Assembly (NCBI GenBank): GCA_050015075.1 | Contig: JBEKCB010000003.1 | Location: 1-64,000, forward strand | DNA length: 64,000 bases | Direction: 5' to 3' | Origin: Candidatus Brocadiia bacterium | GTDB taxonomy: Bacteria > Planctomycetota > Brocadiia > CAIUPP01 | Part shown: positions 46,248 to 55,906 of the stretch, in pieces | Position numbering within the stretch: the stretch's first letter is position 1 | Layout of the letters: the number at the start of each line of letters is the position of its first letter | Made by a program: the position numbers and the translations under genes | The notes under the pieces: model-generated | The model's input: only the letters and a program-made list of their open reading frames with translations | Database searches by the model: none | Told to the model about the DNA's origin: nothing

Positions 46248-47897
46248 ATGGAACCTGCGAGACGCGGACATTTTCAGCTTGCGCTTTTCGCTCTGCACTT
46301 CGCGCTTTGCGTTTTGCTGTTCGGCTGCGGGCGCAGCGAGCCGATGATGCCGATGCCGAGCGCCACGGCGGCCGCCGCGGAGCCGTCGGCGCCCGACTTG
46401 CCCGCGCCGAAGCTCGCGGTCCGAATGCCGGCGGTGGCCGGCGGGTTCTACCCGGCCGATCCGAAAGCGCTCCGCGCAACGGTGGACGCCTGCCTGGCCG
46501 AGGCGACGGCGGCGGAGTTCAAGGGGCGGATCCTGGCGCTCATCGCGCCGCACGCCGGGTACGAGTACTCCGGCAGGGTCGCCGGCTTCTCGTTCAAGCA
46601 GGTTCGCCCCGGCGCGTTCCAGCGCGTGATCGTGCTCGGGCCGAGCCATTACGGCGCCTTCCGCGGGTTCTCGATCATGGACGTCGGCGCGTACGCCACC
46701 CCGCTGGGCGAGGTGCCGCTCGACCGGCCGGTCTGCGCGAAGCTGGCGGCGCATGAGCTGCACGTCCGCGCCGATGAGTTCCAGATGCGTGAGCATTCCG
46801 TCGAGGTCGAGCTGCCGTTCCTCCAGGCCGCGCTCGGCGAGTTCCGGCTCGTTCCGATCCTCGTCGGCTTCCTTGGGCCCGGCGACGCGGAAAAAATCGC
46901 CGCCGCGCTGCGCGAATACCTGACGCCCTCGACGCTCGTGGTCATCTCCAGCGACTTCACGCACTACGGAGCGTCGTACGAATACGTGCCGTTCACCAAG
47001 GACATCGAGCAGAACCTGCACAAGCTCGACTTCGGCGCGGTGGACTTGATCCTCGCGAAGGATTACGGCGGCTACGTGAAGTACATGCGGGATCCCGCGC
47101 CGACGATCTGCGGGCGGTTCCCCATCGAGGTGCTGCTCAAGCTGCTGCCGGCGGAGGCGGAAGGCCGGCTGCTGAAGTACGACACTTCCGGGCGCGTCAC
47201 GGGCGACTTCTCGCTCTCGGTCAGCTACGTCAGCGCGATGTTCACCGTCCCGGCGGACTGGAAACCGGCGGCAGCGGCCGCCACGACGCCGGCCGCGCCG
47301 ATCGAGGAAAAAGCCCTGACGGCCGAGGAGAAGAAGACGCTGCTGCGGATCGCGCGCGACACGCTGGAGGCGTTCGTCCGCACCGGGCGGCCGCCGGAGA
47401 TCGCCGCGGACCCGTCCGCGCTGACGCCGTCGCTCAAGGCCGAATGCGGCGCGTTCGTGACGCTCAATAAGAAGAACGAGGGGCTCCGCGGCTGCATCGG
47501 GAACATCGGCTACGCGGACCCGCCGCTGCGGCGCGGGCTGATGCCGCTCTACAAGACCGTCGCGAACATGACGGTCGAGGCGTGCTCCCAGGACCCGCGC
47601 TTCGAGCCGGTCCGCGCGGGCGAGCTGAAGGACATCGAGCTGGAAATTTCCGTGCTCTCGCTGGCGCGGCAGGTCCGCGGGCCGGAGGATTTCGAAGTCG
47701 GCAGGCACGGCATCATCATCCGCAAGGAAGGCGGCGGCGCGGTCTTCCTGCCGCAGGTCGCGCCCGAGCAGCATTGGACCCGCGAGGAGACGCTCGACCA
47801 TCTCTGCGTCAAGGCCGGCTGGCCCCCCGATGAATGGCGCAAGCCGGGCATGGCGTTCTATACCTTCACCGCGCAGGTGTTCGCGGAAGGGCAGTGA
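46248..47897 (+). CDS. amrB: Fused AmmeMemoRadiSam protein B (MEMO1) - protein A (AMMECR1)
   Basis: B domain: RMPAVAGGFYP, APHAGYEYSG, GPSH, EHSVEVELPFLQ, SSDFTHYG, ICG. A domain: GAFVTL, LRGCIG, DPRFEP, EISVLS, VFLPQVA. AAAGGAG before ATG 46248 (alternative start 46206). Confidence 0.9.
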   Translation: MEPARRGHFQLALFALHFALCVLLFGCGRSEPMMPMPSATAAAAEPSAPDLPAPKLAVRMPAVAGGFYPADPKALRATVDACLAEATAAEFKGRILALIAPHAGYEYSGRVAGFSFKQVRPGAFQRVIVLGPSHYGAFRGFSIMDVGAYATPLGEVPLDRPVCAKLAAHELHVRADEFQMREHSVEVELPFLQAALGEFRLVPILVGFLGPGDAEKIAAALREYLTPSTLVVISSDFTHYGASYEYVPFTKDIEQNLHKLDFGAVDLILAKDYGGYVKYMRDPAPTICGRFPIEVLLKLLPAEAEGRLLKYDTSGRVTGDFSLSVSYVSAMFTVPADWKPAAAAATTPAAPIEEKALTAEEKKTLLRIARDTLEAFVRTGRPPEIAADPSALTPSLKAECGAFVTLNKKNEGLRGCIGNIGYADPPLRRGLMPLYKTVANMTVEACSQDPRFEPVRAGELKDIELEISVLSLARQVRGPEDFEVGRHGIIIRKEGGGAVFLPQVAPEQHWTREETLDHLCVKAGWPPDEWRKPGMAFYTFTAQVFAEGQ

Positions 47898-47956
47898 TCG
47901 GTTTCGGACAGGACTTGCAGGTATACTTGCGGCGAACCGCAGGCGATTCCGACCGG

Positions 47957-49219
47957 CTACTCGCGGACTTGCCCATCGCCATAGACGACATATTTGTAGC
48001 TGGTCAGCTCCGGGAGCGCCATGGGGCCGCGGGCGTGGAGCTTGTCGGTGCTGATGCCGATCTCGGCGCCCATGCCGAACTGCGCGCCGTCGTTGAAGCG
48101 GGTGCTCGTGTTGATGAAGACGGCGGCGGAGTCCACGCGCGCGGCGAACTCGCGCGCGCTCGCCAGGTCGCGCGTGAGGATCGCGTCGCTGTGCTGCGTG
48201 CCGTAGCGCGCGATGTGGCGGACCGCCTCGTCGAGCGAATCCACGACGCGGATCGAGAGGATCAGGTCGTTGTACTCGGTCGCCCAGTCCTCCTCGGTCG
48301 CGGGCTTCATCGCCTTGACGATGGCGCGCGAGCGCGCGTCGCCGCGCATCTCGCAGCCGGCCTTTTTCAGCTTCGCCGCGATGCGCGGCAGGAACTCCTT
48401 CGCGACGGCGGCGTGGACGAGCATCGTCTCCATCGCATTGCAGACCGACGGCCGCTGCAGTTTCGCGTTCAGGCAGACCTTTTCCGCCATTGCCAGGTCC
48501 GCGGAGGCGTCCACGTAGGTATGGCAGACGCCCTTGTAATGCTTGAGGACGGGGATGCGCGACTTCTCGGCCACGGCGCGGATGAGCCCTTCGCCGCCGC
48601 GCGGGATGACGACGTCAATCTTCCCCTCGGCGCGGAGCAGCAGGTCGAGCGCGGCGCGGTCGGGCGTGTTCACCATTTGAACGGAATGCGGGTCGAGGCC
48701 GGCCTCGGAGATCGCCCCGGCGAGCGCCGCGTGGATCGCCAGGTTGCTCCGGAGAGCCTCCTTGCCGCCGCGCAGGATGACGGCGTTGCCGCTCTTGAGG
48801 CAGAGGGCGGCGGCGTCGGCGGTGACGTTCGGGCGCGCCTCGTAGATCATCAGGATGATGCCGAGCGGCACGCGGATTTTCTCGATGCGCAGCCCGTTGG
48901 GCCGGGTCCAGCCGGCGATCAGCTCGCCGACGGGGTCGCGCAGCGCGGCGACCTGGCGCAGCCCGCCGGCCATCTCGGCGATGCGTTCGCGGGTCAGCCG
49001 GAGCCGGTCCAGCATGGCGGGCTTGATCCGGTCGTCACGGCGGGCGGCATCGAGATCCTTCCTGTTTGCGGCAATGATCGCGGGGGTTCGGCGGACCAGC
49101 GCTTCCGCGGCATTCAGCAGCACGGCGTCCTTCGCCGCGGTGGAGGCCACGGCCAGCGAAGCGGCCGCCTCGCGCGCCTGCGAGACCAACTGCCAGACGT
49201 ATTTTTCAAGTTCGGCCAT
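47957..49219 (-). CDS. proA: Gamma-glutamyl phosphate reductase
   Basis: IYEARPNVT, KSGNAVILRGGKEA, IPRGGEGL, SVCNAMET and GAEIGISTDKLHARGPM motifs. Confidence 0.97.
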   Translation of the reverse strand: MAELEKYVWQLVSQAREAAASLAVASTAAKDAVLLNAAEALVRRTPAIIAANRKDLDAARRDDRIKPAMLDRLRLTRERIAEMAGGLRQVAALRDPVGELIAGWTRPNGLRIEKIRVPLGIILMIYEARPNVTADAAALCLKSGNAVILRGGKEALRSNLAIHAALAGAISEAGLDPHSVQMVNTPDRAALDLLLRAEGKIDVVIPRGGEGLIRAVAEKSRIPVLKHYKGVCHTYVDASADLAMAEKVCLNAKLQRPSVCNAMETMLVHAAVAKEFLPRIAAKLKKAGCEMRGDARSRAIVKAMKPATEEDWATEYNDLILSIRVVDSLDEAVRHIARYGTQHSDAILTRDLASAREFAARVDSAAVFINTSTRFNDGAQFGMGAEIGISTDKLHARGPMALPELTSYKYVVYGDGQVRE

Positions 49220-49331
49220 CGCTCTTCCGCCCATCCATGCTTCGTGGTTCGCAAATGACACAGCATGACGAGCTTGCGCCCGTCATGCTGTATCAACGTC
49301 TGCGAGCCTGATCAAGCTGCAAGACTAACTT

Positions 49332-50435
49332 TCAAATGCGGCAAACGGCGGCTTTCGATTTCACGCTCTTGTAAATCTGCGGATTCTGCCGCTGGCATTC
49401 CTCGATCACGGCAATCTGGCGCCGGACCTGCTGGGGCGTGATCTCCAGCGGCTTACCCGCGCTGAGCGTGCGGTACAGCCCGGCATAGAACTCGCCGGCC
49501 ATGCCGCCGTACAAGTCCGCCTGGGCCGGCGGCACTTCCCATTTGTCGGTGTGCCACTTGAGCGCCTCCGAGACGTAGGCGGGCAGGCCTTCCGCGTTGA
49601 CGATCGGCGTGCGAATGAGCTTCTGCTTCGGCGCCTCGCTGAGCTTGAAGTACCGCCACTCGGCCGCGCCGGTCGTCGCCTTCATGCCGCCGCGCGTGCC
49701 CTGGACGACGTACGCCGGGCCCGGATACGCCTGGCACGAGGAGATCTCGAGGTCCACCACCGGGTTCTTCGGCCCGCTGAGGATGAGCTTGACGTAGTCC
49801 TCCGCGTCGCCGAACGTGTTCGCGCGGTCCATGAAGCAGGTGACGCGCGGCATGCCCTCGCCGAACAGCACCAGCGCCTGGTCGAGCGGGTGCGGGCCGG
49901 TGTTGAGGAGGTTGCCGCCGTTGTTCTCCTGCAGCGTCTGCCAGTCCCACCGCCGCGCGAAGCCGCTCATGGCCGTGGAGATCTGCACGATCCGCCCGAG
50001 CACGCCGGACTTGATGACTTTCTGGACCTGGCGGAAATACGGGGCGTAGCGCGACTGCTGGAAGATCGCGAGCAGCTTGCCGGACTTCTTGGATGCCGCG
50101 ATCAATTTGTCCACGTCGGCCGCGGTCCGCGCGAGCGGCTTCTCGCAGAGGACGTTGAAGCCGGCCTTGAGGAACTCCAGCGACACCAGCACGTGCAGGT
50201 GGCTGGGCGTGGTGTTGATGACCAGGTCGAGGTCCTTGCGCTTGAGCAGTTCGCGGTAATCGGCGTATACGTCGCAGCCGTACTCCTGCGCCGCGCGCTG
50301 CCGCCGCTCCTCCAGCGGGTCGGAGACCGCGACGATGCGGTAATGCTGCTCGTCCTTGACCTTAAGCAGGTGCGCGCCGTGAATGCCGCGCCCGCTGCGG
50401 CCCTGACCGATGATGGCGACACGGATCGTCTTCAT
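49332..50435 (-). CDS. Gfo/Idh/MocA family oxidoreductase
   Basis: VAIIGQGRSG, VLCEKPLA and GGNLLNTGPHPLDQ motifs; start MKTIRV at 50435. Confidence 0.92.
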   Translation of the reverse strand: MKTIRVAIIGQGRSGRGIHGAHLLKVKDEQHYRIVAVSDPLEERRQRAAQEYGCDVYADYRELLKRKDLDLVINTTPSHLHVLVSLEFLKAGFNVLCEKPLARTAADVDKLIAASKKSGKLLAIFQQSRYAPYFRQVQKVIKSGVLGRIVQISTAMSGFARRWDWQTLQENNGGNLLNTGPHPLDQALVLFGEGMPRVTCFMDRANTFGDAEDYVKLILSGPKNPVVDLEISSCQAYPGPAYVVQGTRGGMKATTGAAEWRYFKLSEAPKQKLIRTPIVNAEGLPAYVSEALKWHTDKWEVPPAQADLYGGMAGEFYAGLYRTLSAGKPLEITPQQVRRQIAVIEECQRQNPQIYKSVKSKAAVCRI

Positions 50436-50514
50436 TCTCTCTCCTTTGCCTCGATGGTCCTGCACCCTTGAGCACTCACGTCCGGCCGGCGGGAAAGTTC
50501 GTGCCAGCGGCGAT

Positions 50515-51789
50515 TCACTTCGGACTCTGCGGCGGCGGCGCCCGCGGACCGGCATCGGCCTCCTCTTCCTTGACGATCGCAGGGATCGCCTTCCAGCCCA
50601 GCCGCTCGCAGGCGAGCAGCCGGAACCGGCCCGCGACGAGGGTGAACCGGCCGTCCGCCGCCCGCTGCACGAGCACCGGCTGCAAGAGCCCCATCTGCTT
50701 GATCCGCTCGGCCAGCTCGGCGATGTAGTTCGGGTCCGCCGGCCTCAGCGGCACGTTGGCCTCCGGGTCGTCAATGCTTTCCATCGCGACCTCAGTCGCC
50801 GCGTCCGGCCCGGCGGCGCGCGCGCTGGCCTGCATGCTCTTGCGATAGGAGTAAACGTAGGGAATGGCGAAGTCCACGCGCGGGTCGCGCTGGAAATCGC
50901 GGAAGACCTGCTTGAGGATCTCGTGCGCGATGCGCGGGCGGTCCCACGCCGGCGTCATGTACCGCAGCCGCATGTACACGCCGTAGTCGTAGATGTCGGA
51001 GCGGATGTACGGTTCCTTGCCGGTCTGCCGGATGATGTCGCTGGTGACGCTCCGCGCCGCGTCGAGCAGGATCTTCTCGGCGATGTCCCAGTCCGAATCG
51101 AACGTCAGCCGGATGATCACCTCGTCGAGGAAGTACGGCGCCAGTTGCTTGGGCGTATAGTTGATCGCCGCCTGGCTGAAAAGCATCGCATTCGGGATGA
51201 GGATGCTCCGCCCGATCGCTTCCTCCGAGCCGATCGAGCCGCCGACCTGGTTGAGCCGGGTGTACATGAAGCCGACGTCGAGCACGTCGCCGAGGAGGCC
51301 GAGCGACGGGAAAAGGACGCGGTCGCCGATGCGGAACGGCCGCGTGATCGCCACGAGCGCCCAGGCTGCGACGCCGCTGACCGGCGACTGCAGCGACCAG
51401 CCGAGGATCGAGCCGCCGAACAGCGCGGCCAGCCCGCCGAGTTTCCCGAGTTCGCCAGTGGTGTAGATCACGGTGAAGATGACGCCGAGGACCACCAGGA
51501 CGCGGACGAGGCCGGTGAGCATCATGACTTCGCCGGGCGAGCCGTCTCGAGCGCGGATGAGGAACTGAATCGCGAGCGCGACGACCTCGTAGCCGACCGC
51601 GACCAGGAACACGATGTGGAGGAAGGCGGCGCCGCTGGTCCCGGCCGAGATGTGGCCGAGCGGCATGTCGTGGTTGTCCATCCAGTACGCCGTCGAGGCG
51701 AGCACCGCGAAGATCGCCAGCAGCCCGGCGTGGACCCAGGGTTTGAGTTTGACTTCGCCGGTGGTGGTGATCGGCGTGCGTTCGCTCAT
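50515..51789 (-). CDS. MscS-family mechanosensitive channel with C-terminal ParB/Srx-like domain
   Basis: 3 TM helices, RPFRIGDRV..GDVLDVGFMYT..IPNAMLF, then AELAERIKQMGLLQPVLV..LVAGRFRLLACERLGWKAIPAIVKE. Confidence 0.85.
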   Translation of the reverse strand: MSERTPITTTGEVKLKPWVHAGLLAIFAVLASTAYWMDNHDMPLGHISAGTSGAAFLHIVFLVAVGYEVVALAIQFLIRARDGSPGEVMMLTGLVRVLVVLGVIFTVIYTTGELGKLGGLAALFGGSILGWSLQSPVSGVAAWALVAITRPFRIGDRVLFPSLGLLGDVLDVGFMYTRLNQVGGSIGSEEAIGRSILIPNAMLFSQAAINYTPKQLAPYFLDEVIIRLTFDSDWDIAEKILLDAARSVTSDIIRQTGKEPYIRSDIYDYGVYMRLRYMTPAWDRPRIAHEILKQVFRDFQRDPRVDFAIPYVYSYRKSMQASARAAGPDAATEVAMESIDDPEANVPLRPADPNYIAELAERIKQMGLLQPVLVQRAADGRFTLVAGRFRLLACERLGWKAIPAIVKEEEADAGPRAPPPQSPK

Positions 51790-51921
51790 TTCCCCGAATC
51801 CTCAGGAGATGCGCCGTGCGCCCCTGTCCCGCCGTCGGCGGGGCGGTTCGGTGACATTGTACATAAGCACATGGGCGCTTGCAACATCCTGACGCCGCGA
51901 GCGCCGCTCCTCGCAGGGGCG

Positions 51922-53178
51922 TCAGCTCGGAGTCGCGCGAACCGGTCCGCGCGGCTGCAGGGCGGCCGTTGCGGGCGCCGCCAACTGTATTCCGTTTTCA
52001 TCGTAGCTCAACGTGCGATACGGTCCTTCGGCGGCGGGCATCCGGCCCATCGCCAGGCGGAACGTGCGGCGCTCCGGCGCGGCGATCAGGGCTTGCAGGC
52101 TGTTCGGCAAATGGATGCGCGGGTCGGCGAGAATATTCGTCCGCAGCCCGATCGTGCCGGGGCGCTCGCGCAGCCGGGCCATCAACGTCGCGTAGCGGCC
52201 CGAGCCGCGAGGAGCCTGAAGCTCGGCCGGCCGGCCGAGCTTGCGGAAGTGGTTCGTCGCGGCGATGAAGTCGTCGCCGGGCGCCGCCTCGCGTACGACG
52301 ACCTCGTCGGCGGTGTACTCGGCCACGACTGAGCGGCGCGCCGGCGCGGTTTGCGCGAGGAGGATATTGTTGGAGTACGTCCGCCGCGTAGCGCGGAGCA
52401 GCGCGACCGCCTCGTCGCAGGTCGCCGCCTCCTGCGCCATCTGGCGGAAGCTGATGACGTACGGCATTCCTTCGAGGTTCGCGGAGATGCGCTTCACGTT
52501 CAGCGGGCCGATGCAGAGACCGGCCAGGTTCACCGCCGTAATCGCGCCGCACCAGCCCGGCCAGGCGATGGAGACGAACGGGATGCCGCCGTCCGGCTTG
52601 CAGAAGATGATCAGCCCGCACCGCTGCGCGATGCCCATGCTGACGAAGTCCAGGTTCCGGCCGAAGATCAACTCGCCGCCCGTTCGATCATGCTCAGGGC
52701 GAACGCGCGTGGCGGCCCCATGCGCGGCGAAGCAGGAGCACTGCACCGCCTGGACGCTTTCAAGAAACGTGTGCGCGATGAGGATATCGTCGTACGTCAT
52801 GGCGGCGCCGTCGGCCAGGCCGCGCATCTCCTCGAGGTACGGCGCGGGCATGTGCGGCTCGAGCCGCCGCCCGCGCCGGAGCAGTTCGGCCCGGCTCAGC
52901 GCGCGGAACAGGCGGATCATCCGGATGTATTCCTCGAAGACCCGCTGCACCACCGGCCGCAGCAGCCGCCCGTGCTGCAGGCCCATCTCGCGCGGCGAGC
53001 CTTCGATGTGCAGGAATCGCCAGCCGCCGCGCACCGCCAGCCGCCCGCGCCCTTCCGTCCAGTCGCCATCCGCCGGAGTCGGGAACTGCGACCGCGCGCA
53101 GGTGAGGCCCGCCGTCAGCGCGAACGCGCTCTCCATCGCGCCGATCACCAGGCGATGCCAGCTAGATCTGTTCAGCAT
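51922..53178 (-). CDS. Peptidase C45 / acyl-CoA:6-APA acyltransferase family (Ntn hydrolase)
   Basis: EGSPREMGLQHG, EEMRGLADG, nucleophile CSCF, GRNLDF and ATNHF motifs. Start uncertain. Confidence 0.85.
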   Translation of the reverse strand: MLNRSSWHRLVIGAMESAFALTAGLTCARSQFPTPADGDWTEGRGRLAVRGGWRFLHIEGSPREMGLQHGRLLRPVVQRVFEEYIRMIRLFRALSRAELLRRGRRLEPHMPAPYLEEMRGLADGAAMTYDDILIAHTFLESVQAVQCSCFAAHGAATRVRPEHDRTGGELIFGRNLDFVSMGIAQRCGLIIFCKPDGGIPFVSIAWPGWCGAITAVNLAGLCIGPLNVKRISANLEGMPYVISFRQMAQEAATCDEAVALLRATRRTYSNNILLAQTAPARRSVVAEYTADEVVVREAAPGDDFIAATNHFRKLGRPAELQAPRGSGRYATLMARLRERPGTIGLRTNILADPRIHLPNSLQALIAAPERRTFRLAMGRMPAAEGPYRTLSYDENGIQLAAPATAALQPRGPVRATPS

Positions 53179-53304
53179 GACGTCGAAAAATTCCTTGGAT
53201 GCGACAATAGACCGTGAACGATCTTGTTATTCTACCTTCGCGTCATTGCAGTTGTCACCCGCCGCGACGTAGAATGCCGCGGTCAGGAAACAGGGGGCTG
53301 GGTT

Positions 53305-54330
53305 ATGCCCAAAATCCGGTGCACGTGCAAACGCGTTATCTCTTATGGGCCCGGACTGGCCGGCAAGCTTGTGAAATGTCCGGGATGCTCCGCAAAAATC
53401 CGTCTGCCGGAGATCGAGCCGGCCGCGCCGCCGGCGCGCGCCGCGCCCAGTCAAGAGCAGGATCTGCAACTCGAGAGGGAAGAGACGGACGTCCCGCTCG
53501 CGTCGAGTTTGCAAACTTCGGACGCCACGGGGCCGTCCGGCAATTCGCTTCCGCCGTATGAGCCGCCGTCCTGGGCCGCAGCCCGCCGCTCCGCTCCTGC
53601 GACTTCAGATCGGGGCGCAGCGGCCGAGGATTACTGGAGCGCGCTGCCCGGCGCGTTCGAGTTCCCGCTTAAGGGCGACGGGCTCATCGCGCTGATCGTG
53701 GGCGTCATCTTCCTCACCGCGGAGCATTACCTCATGTTCATGGCGGCGCTTTTTCCATTGCTGGGCCTCGTCCTCGCGGGCGGCATCGGCATCATCGGCA
53801 CCGGCTATTTCGCCGGATACCTGATGACGATCATGGAGCGCACCGCGCACGGCGAGAAGGACGCGCCCGGTTGGCCGGACCTGAACGACTGGCAGGAGAA
53901 TGCGCTGCAGCCGTTCGTCTTCCTTCTCGCGCTCAGCATCCTCTGCATCGGCCCGTGGGTCGCGTACGCGCGCTTCGCGCACGAACCGAACGTGGCGATC
54001 ACCTACGCGCTCCTCGCCGCGGGCCTGTTCTACATGCCGATGGGCATGCTGTGCGTTGCCCTGGTGAACAACTACGCCGGTCTCAACCCGGTCCTGGTCA
54101 TCCGCGCCATCCGCAGCGTGCCCGGCCGGTACTCCGTCGTCTGGGCGCTCGTTATATTTTGCATCGCCGCGCAGACGATGGGTGCCGGATTGATCGCCGC
54201 GCTACCGATTCCCATCGTCGGAACGATCCTGGAGGAGGCCGTCAGTTGCTACTTCCTGTTCGTCGCCGCGCGGGTCCTGGGGCTGCTCTATCACAAATCG
54301 AGCCGGCAGTTGGACTGGCTGGCGGGATAG
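53305..54330 (+). CDS. Zinc-ribbon plus multi-TM protein (DUF4013-like)
   Basis: IRCTCK..AGKLVKCPGC; FEFPLKG, GY...TAHGE..PGWPD; about 6 TM helices. Confidence 0.7.
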   Translation: MPKIRCTCKRVISYGPGLAGKLVKCPGCSAKIRLPEIEPAAPPARAAPSQEQDLQLEREETDVPLASSLQTSDATGPSGNSLPPYEPPSWAAARRSAPATSDRGAAAEDYWSALPGAFEFPLKGDGLIALIVGVIFLTAEHYLMFMAALFPLLGLVLAGGIGIIGTGYFAGYLMTIMERTAHGEKDAPGWPDLNDWQENALQPFVFLLALSILCIGPWVAYARFAHEPNVAITYALLAAGLFYMPMGMLCVALVNNYAGLNPVLVIRAIRSVPGRYSVVWALVIFCIAAQTMGAGLIAALPIPIVGTILEEAVSCYFLFVAARVLGLLYHKSSRQLDWLAG

Positions 54331-54387
54331 GGCAAGTGGGACAGGATTTACGGGACGGACAGGATTGATGCGAAGGGAGGCTGCGCC

Positions 54388-55218
54388 ATGAGGCTCGGGG
54401 GTCCTGTTGCGTACGCCGGCGATCCGGAAGCATGGGCGGCCGAAGCGCGCCGGCGCGGTTACTCCGCGGTCTATTTCCCGTCGGCAGACGCGGACGACTC
54501 CGCGGTCGCGGCCATCGTGAAATCCGCCGAGGCGGCCGGGCTGGTCATCGCCGAAGTCGGCGCGTGGGGCAATCCGCTCAGCCCGGACGAGGCCGTGCGC
54601 AGCGCCGCGCTGGAGAAGTGCCGCGCGCAACTCGCCCTGGCCGACCGCGCCGGCGCGCGCTGCTGCGTCAACATCGCCGGCTCGCGCGGCGTGAAATGGG
54701 ACGGCCCGCACGCGGACGACCTGACCGAGGCGACGTTCGACCTGGTCGTGGAATCCGTGCGCTCGATCCTTGACGCCGTCAAACCGACGCGCACGTTCTA
54801 CACGCTCGAGCCGATGCCGTGGATGTACCCGGATTCCGCCGAGAGTTACCTGCGCCTCCTCCGCGCGGTCGGCCGCAAACAATTCGGCGTCCACCTCGAC
54901 CTGGTTAACCTCGTCTGCAGCCCGCAGCTTTACTTCGGCAATGCGGCGCTCATCCGCGACTGCTTCGCGAAGCTCGGCCCCCACGTCCGCAGTTGCCACG
55001 CGAAGGACATCCTGCTCGGCGGGGAGCTGACCGTGCACTTGAGCGAGGTGCGGCCGGGCCTCGGCGCGCTCGATTACGCCGTCCTGCTCCAGGAACTGGA
55101 CCGACTCGAGCCTGATATGCCGCTGATGCTCGAGCATCTGAAAACCGACGAGGAGTATCGCCTCGCCGCGGACTACGTCCGGTCAGTGGCGCGGCGGACG
55201 GGAGTCCAGTTCCGATAA
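54388..55218 (+). CDS. Sugar phosphate isomerase/epimerase (xylose isomerase-like TIM barrel)
   Basis: EVGAWGNPL, LEPMPW, HLDLVN, CHAKD and MLEHL motifs. Confidence 0.88.
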   Translation: MRLGGPVAYAGDPEAWAAEARRRGYSAVYFPSADADDSAVAAIVKSAEAAGLVIAEVGAWGNPLSPDEAVRSAALEKCRAQLALADRAGARCCVNIAGSRGVKWDGPHADDLTEATFDLVVESVRSILDAVKPTRTFYTLEPMPWMYPDSAESYLRLLRAVGRKQFGVHLDLVNLVCSPQLYFGNAALIRDCFAKLGPHVRSCHAKDILLGGELTVHLSEVRPGLGALDYAVLLQELDRLEPDMPLMLEHLKTDEEYRLAADYVRSVARRTGVQFR

Positions 55219-55231
55219 GATAAGCCGGCCT

Positions 55232-55633
55232 CTATTTCAGGGACGCCTGCTGCTTGCTCTGCTCGGTGTAGCCGTGCAGCTCGATCCGATTGCCCTCCGG
55301 ATCGGCGAGCCAGGCCTGCCAGCTTCGGTCGTTGCCCCGCTTGACCGGTGAGACTTCGACGCCCTGCGCGCGAAGCGCTGCGGACGTCTTCTCGATGTCG
55401 TCCACCTCCAGGCAGAAGTGCTTGTACGCCGGCTTCTCAGGCGGCGCGCCGACCTCGCCCTGGAAAAGCTCGATGAAGCACCGGCCGCCGATGTGCAGGT
55501 AGACGCCGAACCGCTTGCCCTGGTCGTTGATGAAGTCGAACGCGTGGCGGAAGCCGAGCTTGTCCTGGTAGAAAGCGATCGCGGAGTCCAGGTCGTTCAC
55601 GGTGAAGCAGATGTGCGCAAATCCCTTGATCAT
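55232..55633 (-). CDS. VOC/glyoxalase family protein
   Basis: HICFTVNDL, FIELF, HFCLEVDDI and DPEGNRIEL motifs. Confidence 0.92.
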   Translation of the reverse strand: MIKGFAHICFTVNDLDSAIAFYQDKLGFRHAFDFINDQGKRFGVYLHIGGRCFIELFQGEVGAPPEKPAYKHFCLEVDDIEKTSAALRAQGVEVSPVKRGNDRSWQAWLADPEGNRIELHGYTEQSKQQASLK

Positions 55634-55781
55634 GCGGGCTCCTTTGCCGAGGTGAAAATAAGGAATGGGCGCGCCGGTTCAGCCCGGCGCCGACAGCAGG
55701 ATGCCACGAACGCGAGCGGCGCGCAAGTGGAAAATTCGAGCGCGGCTTCATGCCGCGCGTGAGAGCGCGCCGCCCGCCCGA

Positions 55782-55810
55782 TTGACACGCCCCTGAACGT
55801 CTGATAGGCT
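55782..55810 (+). promoter_or_regulatory. Sigma70-type promoter
   Basis: TTGACA, 17 bp, TAGGCT with an extended -10 TG. Confidence 0.6.
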
Positions 55811-55906
55811 CGATATGCTTGCAGGCTCGCGGTGGGCCGGCGCCTGTGATGACGCATGGGGCGCGCGAGCACGGCGTTTACATTTCATTACAGAAGGAGG
55901 CCTTCC

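Noticed and set aside
47957-49219. proA without adjacent proB
   Set aside because: Separation of proA and proB is common and not notable.
50560-50790. Chromosome or plasmid partition locus
   Set aside because: No parA, no HTH in the ParB-like domain, and no parS consensus (TGTTTCACGTGAAACA) seen.
54335-54370. Short GGACAGGATT direct repeat in an intergenic gap
   Set aside because: Two short copies of a simple repeat type, with no further structure.
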